A DNA stretch of 47,083 nt from an uncultured Bacteroidaceae bacterium (GTDB lineage: Bacteria > Bacillota > Clostridia > Christensenellales > CAG-917), in NCBI GenBank assembly GCA_964414205.1, contig CAYPVP010000004.1, positions 1 to 47,083 of the forward strand. The letters are read 5' to 3'. Positions 1-9,748 of the stretch are shown here, piece by piece; within the stretch, counting starts at the first letter, position 1, and each line of letters opens with the position of its first letter. The translations under genes and the position numbers were made by a program. The notes below the pieces were generated by a model that saw nothing but the letters and a program-made list of their open reading frames with translations, was not told where the DNA came from and did not search any database.

Positions 1-13
1 AAAATTTGATAAA

Positions 14-41
14 AAAGGACAAGGAAAAACCCTTGTCCTTT
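14..41. terminator. Intrinsic terminator hairpin, probably bidirectional
   Basis: Perfect stem AAAGGACAAGG / CCTTGTCCTTT with a 6-nt loop, flanked by A-rich and T-rich runs. Confidence 0.75.
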
Positions 42-91
42 ACATTTTGTGCACAATTTTTTTCAATTTTACATTTTTGCACATACATTTT

Positions 92-263
92 TTTCAAACT
101 CAATTCTTGGCTTAAAAATTCAAATTATTGATTTCAAACTCAATTCTTGGCTTAAAATTCAAATCATTGATTTCAAACTCAATTCTTGGCTTAAAATTCA
201 AATTATTGATTTCAAACTCAATTCATGGCTTAAAAATTCAAATTATGTTTTCAAAACTCAAAT
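92..263. repeat. Tandem repeat, 39-40 bp unit, about 4.3 copies
   Basis: TTTCAAACTCAATTCTTGGCTTAAAA(A)TTCAAATTATTGA starting at 92, 132, 171 and 210, plus a partial copy near 249; no spacers. Confidence 0.95.
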
Positions 264-282
264 TTTTGTTTTCAATCAAGAT

Positions 283-699
283 TTACAAAAAGCATCTCAA
301 ATCATTGATGTTTTGTTGATACATTTTCATTGTTTTGATTGCAAGTTCAGGAATTTCATTACCATCAATTTCCATTTCATTGATGATTTTTTGAATGGCG
401 TTGATTCCCATGTTTGTTCCTTCAATCAGCATTTCAGCAATGTGTGATGATGATTTGTCCATCATTGCTGTCATTTTGGTGCTCATGCCTGTCATAACTT
501 TTTGAACTTTGTTGATTTTGGCTTCATCAATTTCATCTTGCGAAAGGCTTTGCTCTGCTTCCATTTGAACATTTTTCATTTTCTCTCGTTGCTTCAAGAC
601 TTTTTCAGCCAAATTTTCATCTTCAATATATTCTCTTATGTCGTTGATTGCATGAATGCCCATATCGGTTGATTTTAAAACTTCTTCAATTATTTTCAT
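283..699 (-). CDS. Conserved clostridial hypothetical protein, helical (ferritin-like), probably sporulation-associated
   Basis: GGAGG RBS before ATG at 699 (MKIIEEV...); two similar MGIxAI helical halves; lies directly downstream of spoIIR. Confidence 0.75.
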   Translation of the reverse strand: MKIIEEVLKSTDMGIHAINDIREYIEDENLAEKVLKQREKMKNVQMEAEQSLSQDEIDEAKINKVQKVMTGMSTKMTAMMDKSSSHIAEMLIEGTNMGINAIQKIINEMEIDGNEIPELAIKTMKMYQQNINDLRCFL

Positions 700-738
700 A
701 GTTTCCTCCAAAAATAGTGTGTGTCAAATCAAAAAAAT

Positions 739-1290
739 TTATGAAAATATTTTGTCAAGCATTTCTTTCACCCAAGATTTATAGATGATTTTTTCTTCCA
801 TGCCATTTGGGACAAAACACAATGGTGGAAATGCCACACACCACCAATTGTCACCGTTTGCGCTTCCAAGTTCAACAATCAAGGCATCATAGTTGCCTTC
901 TTGAAAAATGTAGTCACCATAGTTTCGCTCTGGAAAATGTTCATTGGTGATTTTTGCTTGTGAAACATAGTCAAAGTCATTTTCTTTGAGTGTTTCATTG
1001 GCAATTTTTTGAATTTGACCAATCGCATTTTCAATTTTGTTGACTGCTTCTTGTTTGGAAGTGCAATCAACAAGCAAATCTTCAAAAAAAACTGTCAATT
1101 TGTCTCTGACTTTCAATTTGACTGCTTGGTCACATTGAGAGTTGCTGTTTGCACGAATATGTATGCGCAAACATTGATTTGCAAGTTCCTTTTGATTTGC
1201 CATCGAATCGCAAGAAGTCAAAAGAGGCACAAGCAAACATACAAACAAGAACAAAATGATTGAAAGAGTTTTGATTTTTCTGTTTTTCAT
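739..1290 (-). CDS. spoIIR: Stage II sporulation protein R
   Basis: Motifs LRIHIRANSNS..DQAVKLKVRD and G.NWWCVAFPPLCF; signal peptide starts at ATG 1290 (the upstream ORF extension overlaps sleB). Confidence 0.95.
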   Translation of the reverse strand: MKNRKIKTLSIILFLFVCLLVPLLTSCDSMANQKELANQCLRIHIRANSNSQCDQAVKLKVRDKLTVFFEDLLVDCTSKQEAVNKIENAIGQIQKIANETLKENDFDYVSQAKITNEHFPERNYGDYIFQEGNYDALIVELGSANGDNWWCVAFPPLCFVPNGMEEKIIYKSWVKEMLDKIFS

Positions 1291-1295
1291 GACTA

Positions 1296-1355
1296 AATTG
1301 TTTCCATAAATTGGAAAAATATTCAGAGATAAATTTTGGTTCAATGGAAAAAATA
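1296..1355. promoter_or_regulatory. Back-to-back forespore (sigmaF/sigmaG-like) promoters for spoIIR and sleB
   Basis: Minus strand GAATA-N14-GGAAACAATT; plus strand AGATA-N14-GGAAAAAATA; each -10 ends 5 nt before the ATG and there is no SD. Confidence 0.55.
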
Positions 1356-1360
1356 TAGTT

Positions 1361-2074
1361 ATGAGAAAAAAAACTAAAATATTTGTAGTGGCATTTTTGC
1401 TTGTCGCAACACTTGGGGCAGTTGTTGGAGGCACGCTTTGTGGCTTTTCTGATTTGTCAGTTGTCACAGTTGCAGAGGCTGTCGTTTTGAAAAGTGGAAG
1501 TCGTGGGCAAGATGTCAGAAATGTTCAAACAAAATTGAAAAATTGGGGATATATGACTGGTTCGGTTGATGGAATCTATGGACCCAAAACCGTTGAAGCA
1601 GTCAAATATTTTCAAAGAGTCAACAAACTTTCTGTTGATGGAATTGTTGGCAACGCAACAGCAAAAAAACTTGGAGTCACCCTGTCAGGAACTTCAAGTG
1701 GACAAGGTTCGGGAGGATATACGTCTTCTGACACCTATTTGCTTGCAAAATTGATTTATGCCGAAGCACGAGGAGAGCCATATATTGGACAAGTGGCAGT
1801 TGGGGCTGTTGTTTTGAATAGAGTCAGAGATTCAAAGTTTCCAAACACAATTTCAGGTGTCATCTATCAACCTTGGGCGTTCACATGTGTCAATGATGGA
1901 CAAATCAATTTGTCACCAAATGACACAGCAACAAGGGCTGCAAAAGATGCAATGAACGGCTGGGACCCTTCAAATGGTTGCATCTACTACTTCAACCCTG
2001 CAACAGCAACATCATCTTGGATTTGGTCAAGACCAATCATGTTGAAAATTGGGCAACACAATTTCACTAAATAG
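1361..2074 (+). CDS. sleB: Spore cortex-lytic enzyme
   Basis: Signal peptide, PG-binding domain (GSVDGIYGPKT), Hydrolase_2 domain (AEARGEPY..QVAVGAVVLNRV); followed by ypeB. Confidence 0.95.
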   Translation: MRKKTKIFVVAFLLVATLGAVVGGTLCGFSDLSVVTVAEAVVLKSGSRGQDVRNVQTKLKNWGYMTGSVDGIYGPKTVEAVKYFQRVNKLSVDGIVGNATAKKLGVTLSGTSSGQGSGGYTSSDTYLLAKLIYAEARGEPYIGQVAVGAVVLNRVRDSKFPNTISGVIYQPWAFTCVNDGQINLSPNDTATRAAKDAMNGWDPSNGCIYYFNPATATSSWIWSRPIMLKIGQHNFTK

Positions 2075-2092
2075 GCATACGGAGGATAAATT

Positions 2093-3526
2093 ATGGAAGA
2101 AAAATATATTGAAAAAGTTTATGCCGAAAACAGTGGCATTGAACTTGAAAAAAACAATTCAACAATTCAGTCAAAACCACCAAAAAATGGCAAGAAAAAA
2201 CAAAAAAATCAAAGAATTGGTGCTATTGTTGCAACAACAGTTTTGGCTTGTGCAGTCGTTTCGTTGTCAGTTGGATTGGGCGTTGTTGCATCAAGAGAAA
2301 CTGAATATCGAAACATGTTGACAAACAGAGAAAACGCAACAATGTCGCAGGCATATTACAGTTTGGTTGACGAAACAAATGATATGGCTGTCAAATTCAA
2401 CAAATTGACTGCTTCAAATGACCCAAAAATGCAACTTGATTTGCTTTATGGCTTGTGGAAAGCAAGTGATTTGGCAGAACAAAATTTGGCACAATTTTCT
2501 TCAAACAACTATGAAATTTTGAATTTGTCAAAGTTTATCAATCAACTTGGTGGCTATTGTCACACATTGGCACTTCAAAAGAAAGGCGTTGATGGTTTGA
2601 CAACAGAAGAAGAAAAGAAAATTGAAGAAATGAAACTTATGCTCAGAAAAGTCAATCAAAGTTTGCAAGACATTCAAACAAAAATTGAACAAGGTCAAAT
2701 CAATTTGGAAACAGGAGGCTTGCAAATGGAGTTTGAAAATTTTGCAAATGATTTTTCAAAACCAAGTGTAGAATATCCTGAAATGATTTATGACGGACCA
2801 TTTTCGGACGGCCTTGCTGATGTCGAAGCAAAATTTTTGACAGGCGAAACCTTTGATGAAGCAAAGGCGAAAGCAAAAATTGTGGAACTTGTTGGAAAAG
2901 AAAGCACAATAAACTTTTTGGGCGAATGGAATGTTGATTATGCAACATTGAATTTTGAAGTCATAAATGGCGAGTTTGTCAGCACCTATGCAATTTCAAA
3001 AATTGGTGGCTATATGGTTCAAATGACATCTTCAAGAAAAATTGGAGCACCTGGCTTGTCAGATGAAGATGCAATCACAAGTGCGATTTCCTATGCTCAA
3101 AAATTTGGATATGAAAACATGGAAAGCGTTTGGATTTCTGACATTGATGGAGTGTATTATGTCAATCTTGCAGGAAAAGAAAATTCAATCACCCTGTATC
3201 CTGATTTGGTCAAAGTGAAAGTTGCAAGTGATGATGGAGAAATCATTGGGTTTGATGCAAAACATTATATTTTGAATCATCACAAAAGAAATTTGGAATC
3301 GCCAAAATTGTCAGTTTCAGAAGCACGAAAAAAATTGAAAACAAATTTTGAAGTTGAAACAGAAAGACTGTGCTTGATTCCTCTTGATGGAAATGTTGAA
3401 AAACTTGCTTATGAATTTACTGTCAAAGGTGATGGACTCTATTTCATCTATGTTGATGCAATGACAGGTGAAGAACTGAAAATTATGTTTGTCATTGACA
3501 GCGAAAACGGAAATGTGCTGATTTAG
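2093..3526 (+). CDS. ypeB: Germination protein YpeB
   Basis: N-terminal TM segment, YPEMIYDGPFSD motif, C-terminal PepSY repeats (IYVDAMTGEE); operon with sleB. Confidence 0.93.
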   Translation: MEEKYIEKVYAENSGIELEKNNSTIQSKPPKNGKKKQKNQRIGAIVATTVLACAVVSLSVGLGVVASRETEYRNMLTNRENATMSQAYYSLVDETNDMAVKFNKLTASNDPKMQLDLLYGLWKASDLAEQNLAQFSSNNYEILNLSKFINQLGGYCHTLALQKKGVDGLTTEEEKKIEEMKLMLRKVNQSLQDIQTKIEQGQINLETGGLQMEFENFANDFSKPSVEYPEMIYDGPFSDGLADVEAKFLTGETFDEAKAKAKIVELVGKESTINFLGEWNVDYATLNFEVINGEFVSTYAISKIGGYMVQMTSSRKIGAPGLSDEDAITSAISYAQKFGYENMESVWISDIDGVYYVNLAGKENSITLYPDLVKVKVASDDGEIIGFDAKHYILNHHKRNLESPKLSVSEARKKLKTNFEVETERLCLIPLDGNVEKLAYEFTVKGDGLYFIYVDAMTGEELKIMFVIDSENGNVLI

Positions 3527-3731
3527 AACAAATACAATGCAATTAGAAACTTTGCAAAAGGAGTTCTAAAAAAATCAACTTTGCAAAAGAAAGTCTAAAA
3601 CTGTTTTGATTGAGAAAACTTTGTTTGTGGACAATCGCTATTGCTTTTGCTGAAAAACAACAAAATTTGAAACAATTTGAAAAATATCATTCAAAATGTA
3701 TGGCTGAAAAGTATGCTTGAAAACCAATAAT

Positions 3732-3783
3732 TAGAAAAACACGATTATTCATTAACATAGAAATGAAAAAATCGTGTTTTCTA
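3732..3783 (+). terminator. Long hairpin, likely terminator of sleB-ypeB
   Basis: TAGAAAAACACGATT ... AATCGTGTTTTCTA with inner TTCATT/AATGAA pairing. Confidence 0.5.
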
Positions 3784-3812
3784 TTGCTAAAAGATTGAAA
3801 TTACTATATACT
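3784..3812 (+). promoter_or_regulatory. sigmaA-type promoter
   Basis: TTGCTA-N17-TATACT upstream of the RBS at about 3845. Confidence 0.55.
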
Positions 3813-3861
3813 TATATAGATTTTTGAATATTTTTCTTAATGAAAGGAGAATTCTCTATAT

Positions 3862-5343
3862 ATGAAAAAGAAAATTTTTGTTGCATTTGCATTGGTTTTG
3901 CTTGTGACAATAATGGCAGTAACTTTTACGGCTTGCGACCCTGCATTCAAATGGGGGCCAATTTCTGGTGGCGATGCTTCGGCAGTTGTTGAAAGCAATG
4001 GTGGTTCTGTTGTCAAACAAGGAAACCATGTTTATTTTATAAATGGCTATTCAAACACAACCGTTTCAGACAACAGTTTTGGAGTGGCTTTCAAACAAGG
4101 AATTATGCGTGCAACATTGAAAGATGATGGCTCAATAGATGCAAATTCATGCGCTTTGGTTGTGCCAAAATTCATCTATTCGGCAGACACAAAAAGTGGA
4201 ATAGCAATTTTCAATGGTTGGATATATTATGCAACTCCAAACCTTGACAAAGACAACTCAGGCACACCATCAACCGTAAACCTCGATTTTATGAGAACCA
4301 AAATTGATGGAACAGTGACACAAAAAATCATCACTCTTGGTGCAAGAACCTATCCATATTTGTTCACACCAACAGCAATTCTCTATTTCAACAGCAACAC
4401 AATCTATCGTGTTGACTTCACTGGAATGTCAACCACAAAAGAAATCAAAGATGGTGCTGGTGCTGTTCGCTCTGAACTTGCAAAAGGCGTAACTTCCTAT
4501 TTTTGGAACTATGATGAAAATTTTGAAAATGGAGTTTCAACAATCAATGATTATGTGATTTACACTTCACCAATTTCCACCGAGGAAAACAGTGAACGCT
4601 ATGCAAATGAAGTTTACAAAATCAAAACTGATGGAAGCGACAAATCAAAAATTTGTGGAATTGGAACTTATGGCGATTCTCCACTTGATGACAGAAAAAT
4701 TGCACTTTTGACAGGTGTTGTTGAAAGCGACAACGATATGACACTTTTCTATATAAAAAACAAAAAAGTTGGAAATGCAGAAGAAAAAGAAGGTACATTC
4801 GCAATCAAATTGTCATTGGCAAAAATTGAATGGTCAAAAACAGTTGAAAAGAAAATTTCAGAAAATGCTCAAACTGCCATTTTCCCAATCAGTTATGAAA
4901 AAGGTGTCATTGCCACAGAAGACAGCAAAATGTATTATATGAACGGAAGCCTTGATGACAAAGCAAAAGTCTTTGATACAACTGTCACAATTCATTCTGT
5001 CAAAAAAATTGACAATGCTTGGTATGTCTACTATCTTCCAGCCAGTGATGCAACAGGTTTGATGAGAATTAACCTTTCTGAAAACGAAGGAATCAACCCT
5101 AATGCAGGTGCAGTTTTCACTGTCGGAAAAGTGAAAACTGATTGGATTGCACTTGATACATTGAAAATCAATGGAAAAACTCATGTTTTCTATTTCAACA
5201 CTGATGACTATGGCTATATAAATGGTGTCAACATTGACGAGTTTGATGGGGTCAATGCAATTGACAAAGCCTATTTGCTTGGAAAAATGACTGATGCCGA
5301 TGCAAAAGCAAAAGAACAAGCCGAAGCAGAAAAAAATAAATAA
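3862..5343 (+). CDS. Lipoprotein, probable beta-propeller (DUF5050-like)
   Basis: AAGGAG RBS; lipobox FTAC; NGGSVVKQGNHVYFING and repeated W/Y-I-Y-Y ... K-I/T-D-G-T/S blade-like motifs. Confidence 0.75.
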   Translation: MKKKIFVAFALVLLVTIMAVTFTACDPAFKWGPISGGDASAVVESNGGSVVKQGNHVYFINGYSNTTVSDNSFGVAFKQGIMRATLKDDGSIDANSCALVVPKFIYSADTKSGIAIFNGWIYYATPNLDKDNSGTPSTVNLDFMRTKIDGTVTQKIITLGARTYPYLFTPTAILYFNSNTIYRVDFTGMSTTKEIKDGAGAVRSELAKGVTSYFWNYDENFENGVSTINDYVIYTSPISTEENSERYANEVYKIKTDGSDKSKICGIGTYGDSPLDDRKIALLTGVVESDNDMTLFYIKNKKVGNAEEKEGTFAIKLSLAKIEWSKTVEKKISENAQTAIFPISYEKGVIATEDSKMYYMNGSLDDKAKVFDTTVTIHSVKKIDNAWYVYYLPASDATGLMRINLSENEGINPNAGAVFTVGKVKTDWIALDTLKINGKTHVFYFNTDDYGYINGVNIDEFDGVNAIDKAYLLGKMTDADAKAKEQAEAEKNK

Positions 5344-5348
5344 CAATC

Positions 5349-5379
5349 ATCGCTTGGCAAATGCCGAGCGATTTTTTTT
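5349..5379 (+). terminator. Intrinsic terminator
   Basis: ATCGCTTGGCA-AA-TGCCGAGCGAT followed by a T run. Confidence 0.75.
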
Positions 5380-5388
5380 GGAGTGAAT

Positions 5389-6108
5389 ATGAAGACAATG
5401 TTGATTACTGGGGCATCACGAGGCATTGGTGCTGAAATTGCCCGAATGGCAATCGAAAACTACAATTTGATTTTGGTCTACAACAACAGTGAAGAAAATG
5501 CTTTTGCTCTCAAAAATGAGTTGCAACAAAAAGGAAATGTCTTGCTTCTCAAAGCCGATTTAAGAAAGTCGAAAGAAGTCAATGTTATGGTGGAAAAAGG
5601 ACTTTCATTTTTCAAAAAAATTGATGTGCTTGTAAATTGTGCTGGAATTTCAGAACAAAAATTGTTCACCGATTTGACTGATGAAGATTGGCATCAAATG
5701 TTTGCTTCAAATTTGGACAGTGCTTTTTTTGTGACGCGTGCTGTTTTGCCACAAATGATTTCAAGACAAAGTGGCGCAGTTGTCAACATCACTTCAATGT
5801 GGGGTGAAACAGGTGCAAGCATGGAAACTCACTATTCAGCATCAAAAGCAGGTTTGATTGGACTTACAAAGGCACTTGCAAAAGAAGTTGCATTGTCAAA
5901 TGTGACAGTCAACGCTGTGTCGTGTGGTGCAATCATGACGGACATGATGAAAAAACTTGGAGAAGAAACAATCGAACTTGTCAGACAAGAAACTCCACTT
6001 CAAAAAATTGGAACGCCATCAGATGTTGCAAAGGCTGTCTTGTTTTTGGCTGAAAATGAATTTGTCACAGGACAAATTTTGGGAGTGAATGGTGGCTTTT
6101 TGATTTGA
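5389..6108 (+). CDS. SDR oxidoreductase, FabG/YmfI-like
   Basis: TGASRGIG, NCAG, YSASK catalytic motif; SMWGETGASME resembles YmfI; GGAG RBS before ATG 5389. Confidence 0.9.
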   Translation: MKTMLITGASRGIGAEIARMAIENYNLILVYNNSEENAFALKNELQQKGNVLLLKADLRKSKEVNVMVEKGLSFFKKIDVLVNCAGISEQKLFTDLTDEDWHQMFASNLDSAFFVTRAVLPQMISRQSGAVVNITSMWGETGASMETHYSASKAGLIGLTKALAKEVALSNVTVNAVSCGAIMTDMMKKLGEETIELVRQETPLQKIGTPSDVAKAVLFLAENEFVTGQILGVNGGFLI

Positions 6109-6389
6109 CAAAAAATGTCAAAACATTCGCAAAACGGCAAAATGCACAAAAATGCAAACAAAACAAAACTTCAATTTTTGACAAAACATCAACTAGACAA
6201 AAATGCAATATGAATGTCATATATCGTGCAAAAACAACAAAAATCGTTGATTTCCACTTTGAGGTTGCAAAAAAAAGACAAACTTTTTACAGGGTGTTTT
6301 GCACTTGAAAAAAGAACTTGTTTCAAAAAAAATTCAATGTGTTCAATGTATGAAAATTTTGGAAATGAATTGATTTTTCCAATTCTTTA

Positions 6390-6418
6390 TTGACAGAGCG
6401 CTTTGCAAAAGTTATAAT
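6390..6418 (+). promoter_or_regulatory. Consensus sigmaA promoter
   Basis: TTGACA-N17-TATAAT exact match. Confidence 0.85.
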
Positions 6419-6450
6419 TTTTTTAATCGTGTATTATACAGGAGGAAAAG

Positions 6451-9400
6451 ATGAAAAAATTCGATTATAAAAAAGTCATGGTTGCTTTGATGACACTCAT
6501 CATGGTTTTTGCCTTGGTTGGATGTGGAAACAAAGGCGGCGGTGGCGGAGGTGAAACACCTGGTGGAGGTGGAACAACTCCCCCAGTCAGCACTTCAATC
6601 ACTGCGGACACCTATTTCACAGGGCTTTGGAATTCATTCAAAACTTTGGGAAAAACGGCAATTGCTGATGGTTCAAATTGGAAAGCCGAATTTGGTTTTG
6701 CAATCAACGGAACAGCAACAAAACTTGACAAAACAGTCATAAATGTGAAAAACCATTTGGACATTGCAGTTGTCTATGACCGAAACAATGGACAAGACAC
6801 AGCAGTGAAATTGGCTCTTTCTGATATTAGTGGAAGCACTCCTGTCAATGTTTTGACAACCTACTATTTTTTGAATGACCCTACAAAAATTTATTTTGAC
6901 TACTACGGACAAAAAATCATTTTCCCATTTGTCGCAGATTCTCAATTGAATGGCAATGCAAACTCGACATTCTATGTTGCGTTGAATTCTTTCTTGACCA
7001 AAAAAATGGAAAAAGGTCCTTTTGCTGGAAAATCATTTGACGATGTTTTGAATGAAACTTTGGTCAAAAAAATGGGAACAGATAGTTTTGGAATTGATGG
7101 AATTGTAGGTGGTTTGGTTCAAACAACTGGTTTTGATTTGGTTGGATTGTTGAACAAAGTTGCAGGCATTTTGAACATGCCAACTGTTTCTTCACCTGAA
7201 TTGTTGCCATTTTTGAAACAACTTGGTGGTGCAGTTTTGACAGAAATCAATGCCAAACCAAACAACAAAGTTGCTGATGGCTTGACCTATTCTGCAAACC
7301 TAAACAGTTTCATTGTTGGAATCCTCAACAGTTTTGTTGGTGGTTTCCTTCAAAACTCAACAGTTTCATTGTCATTTGACACCGACAAAAATTTGTCTTT
7401 CATTGACAATTTTGCAATCAACATTGAAAAAGAAAATTTGAACAGCCACAACATCAAATTGAACATGGTTGTTGACAAATTTGCAATCACAGAGGCCACA
7501 GAAAGTGACAAAACTCTTGCTATTGGTGACAAAACTCAATTCTCTGCTGATGCAGGAATTGAACTCAACACTGAAATTTCTTTGGCACAAGGACTTTTGA
7601 AATTCAACATTGCTGAATCAACAAAAACCAAATTCCAAGCAGTTGCATCTGCATTCATTGACGCCAATTTTGCAAAACTTGGCATTGATACAGACGGAAA
7701 AACAATTGAAAGCGTTCCTGAACTCTATGACATGCCATCTTCTCTTGAAGGCAAACTTCGTATTGAAGCAAATGGAAAAATCGATTTGTTGAAAACTGAC
7801 AGCAAAACAAAAGCATTCATCAACATCTACTACACACCAATTGCTGGCACAGAAGTCAAGGTTGGAGAAGCAAGTTTTGTGATGAATGAACAAGTGATTG
7901 GCACAGAAAATTGGCAAAAACACCAAACTGGTACTCTCAAAATTTGGTTCAATGTTGATGGATTTGCGAAAAACGTCGGTTTGACAAATGAAGAAAACAT
8001 TGCAAAAATTGCAAGAGATTACATCATGGCTCAAATCATCATGAAACAAGCAACAAACACAATCAAATTTGATGCAAATGGTGTTGTTGTTGATGGTGCA
8101 GGAAACTATGTTCCAGTTGAAGTCAGAAATGACCTTTACAAATCAAACATTGCAATCATTCGCAACTTGATGAACGGAATTGCAACCGATGCAAACACTT
8201 TCATTGTTGAAGGACTTGAAATTCAAACCTACATTTGGGACATTTTGAATGTTCCTGACCAAACATTCATTGTTGGTGTTGATGATGCATCTGAAAAAGT
8301 TTTCACTGCAAATTCAAGTTGGGACACAACTGATGAAAACGGTTATGTCTTTGAAAAAATTGCAAGTTCTCAATTCCAAGCAAAAGTTGACCTTATGCAA
8401 ACAGTCGCAACAATTTTGCGTGCAGTGACTTTCAATGGTGATTTGACAGTTGGAAGTTCAACTTTGTCAGTCAAAGATTTGTTCTACAACAACGGCTCTA
8501 CTGCTTTCGGAATTTTCTCAAAGAAACTTGGAAATTTCCTTGGAAATGTTCCAATCGAAACATTCACTGACATCAATGACTACTATGCATGGTTGTTCAT
8601 GGGCAATCAAGAAGTTGTCAACAAAATGACCGATGGTGGTGTTATTGGCGCAATCAAAGTTGTTGATTATCTTGAAACTCATCCAAAAGCCAACAAATTC
8701 TATGTCAACAAAAAAGGCATTTTGACTCGCTCAAATGGAAAAGAAACAATTGCTGATTCAAAATATTTAATCAATGTGACTGTCAATGGAATGGAATTGA
8801 AACAAGTTCGTTACTATGCACTTGAAAAATCGACATCTGTTCAAACAATTGAAGCAAACTGCAATTCAATTTCTAGCCTTGGAGTTCCAACAGGAAAATG
8901 GTTCTATCAAAATTCTTCAACAATTTCAAAGAGTGAAATGCAAAAGATGTGGCAAATTGCAAACTATGAAGTTGGAGACAAAGCGGACACTGTTGAAACT
9001 GAAATTTTGAAAGCAGACGAATTGACAAAATTGAAAATTTCCGACATAAAAGCATTGCAAACTGGACTTATGCCACTTTATATGAAAGAAATTACAGCAG
9101 GAAGTGGTTTGTTTGAAAATGTTGCATTGAAAGACTATTTCACAACTTGCCTTGATTTGCGTGCAAAATTGACAATCAAAAAGCATGACGATTCAACAAT
9201 CAACATGTATCTCTCAATTTACAACAACAAATCAGAAGAAATTGCAAAAATTGACATGTTGAACGGAAAGAATGGAATCAAAATTGTCACAAACTATTCT
9301 TCACTTGCAAAACTTGAACAAACACATCTTGATTTCACAAATGCAAATGCAAATGTTGCAATCGACAACAGTGCCTATGGCGAAAGCATAAGAAAAGATT

Positions 9401-9612
9401 TCTATTTCTATGAAGTTTTGCACTATAAATATGATTCTGTCACAGACACCTACACTGTCACAAATGATGCTTTGAACGATGATGCAACCAAAGGTGCAAT
9501 TGTCAAAAAAGGCGAAGATATGGAAAAATTTATGGCAAAAGGTTGGGCAAGTTCAAAAATTGCTGTTGAAGCAGGAATAACACTTTTGTATCAACCACAA
9601 ACAAAGGCATAA
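6451..9612 (+). CDS. Large lipoprotein of unknown function (1053 aa), related to the giant protein at 39132
   Basis: AGGAGG RBS; lipobox LVGC; Gly-rich tether; beta-rich module VLTTYYFLNDPTKIYFD. Confidence 0.85.
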   Translation: MKKFDYKKVMVALMTLIMVFALVGCGNKGGGGGGETPGGGGTTPPVSTSITADTYFTGLWNSFKTLGKTAIADGSNWKAEFGFAINGTATKLDKTVINVKNHLDIAVVYDRNNGQDTAVKLALSDISGSTPVNVLTTYYFLNDPTKIYFDYYGQKIIFPFVADSQLNGNANSTFYVALNSFLTKKMEKGPFAGKSFDDVLNETLVKKMGTDSFGIDGIVGGLVQTTGFDLVGLLNKVAGILNMPTVSSPELLPFLKQLGGAVLTEINAKPNNKVADGLTYSANLNSFIVGILNSFVGGFLQNSTVSLSFDTDKNLSFIDNFAINIEKENLNSHNIKLNMVVDKFAITEATESDKTLAIGDKTQFSADAGIELNTEISLAQGLLKFNIAESTKTKFQAVASAFIDANFAKLGIDTDGKTIESVPELYDMPSSLEGKLRIEANGKIDLLKTDSKTKAFINIYYTPIAGTEVKVGEASFVMNEQVIGTENWQKHQTGTLKIWFNVDGFAKNVGLTNEENIAKIARDYIMAQIIMKQATNTIKFDANGVVVDGAGNYVPVEVRNDLYKSNIAIIRNLMNGIATDANTFIVEGLEIQTYIWDILNVPDQTFIVGVDDASEKVFTANSSWDTTDENGYVFEKIASSQFQAKVDLMQTVATILRAVTFNGDLTVGSSTLSVKDLFYNNGSTAFGIFSKKLGNFLGNVPIETFTDINDYYAWLFMGNQEVVNKMTDGGVIGAIKVVDYLETHPKANKFYVNKKGILTRSNGKETIADSKYLINVTVNGMELKQVRYYALEKSTSVQTIEANCNSISSLGVPTGKWFYQNSSTISKSEMQKMWQIANYEVGDKADTVETEILKADELTKLKISDIKALQTGLMPLYMKEITAGSGLFENVALKDYFTTCLDLRAKLTIKKHDDSTINMYLSIYNNKSEEIAKIDMLNGKNGIKIVTNYSSLAKLEQTHLDFTNANANVAIDNSAYGESIRKDFYFYEVLHYKYDSVTDTYTVTNDALNDDATKGAIVKKGEDMEKFMAKGWASSKIAVEAGITLLYQPQTKA

Positions 9613-9713
9613 AAATTTGTGAAAAAGATTTTTGATTTGCATTTTCAAAACTTGTTTTGCTAGACAAAAAAGAGATTGAAAGATTGTGCAAACCTAATCG
9701 ATTTGAAACTATG

Positions 9714-9748
9714 CAAAAGGACTCAATGAGTCCTTTTGTTTTTTGTTT
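9714..9748 (+). terminator. Intrinsic terminator
   Basis: CAAAAGGACTC-AAT-GAGTCCTTTTG followed by a T-rich tail. Confidence 0.8.

Noticed and set aside
92-263. CRISPR array
   Set aside because: Units are contiguous with no unique spacers, and there are no cas genes in the window.
49-447. ORFs 49-447 and 128-319
   Set aside because: They are translations of the 39-bp repeat and overlap the real minus-strand gene.
1291-1467. N-terminal extension of the spoIIR ORF
   Set aside because: It is antisense to the sleB signal peptide; the SpoIIR signal peptide starts at 1290.
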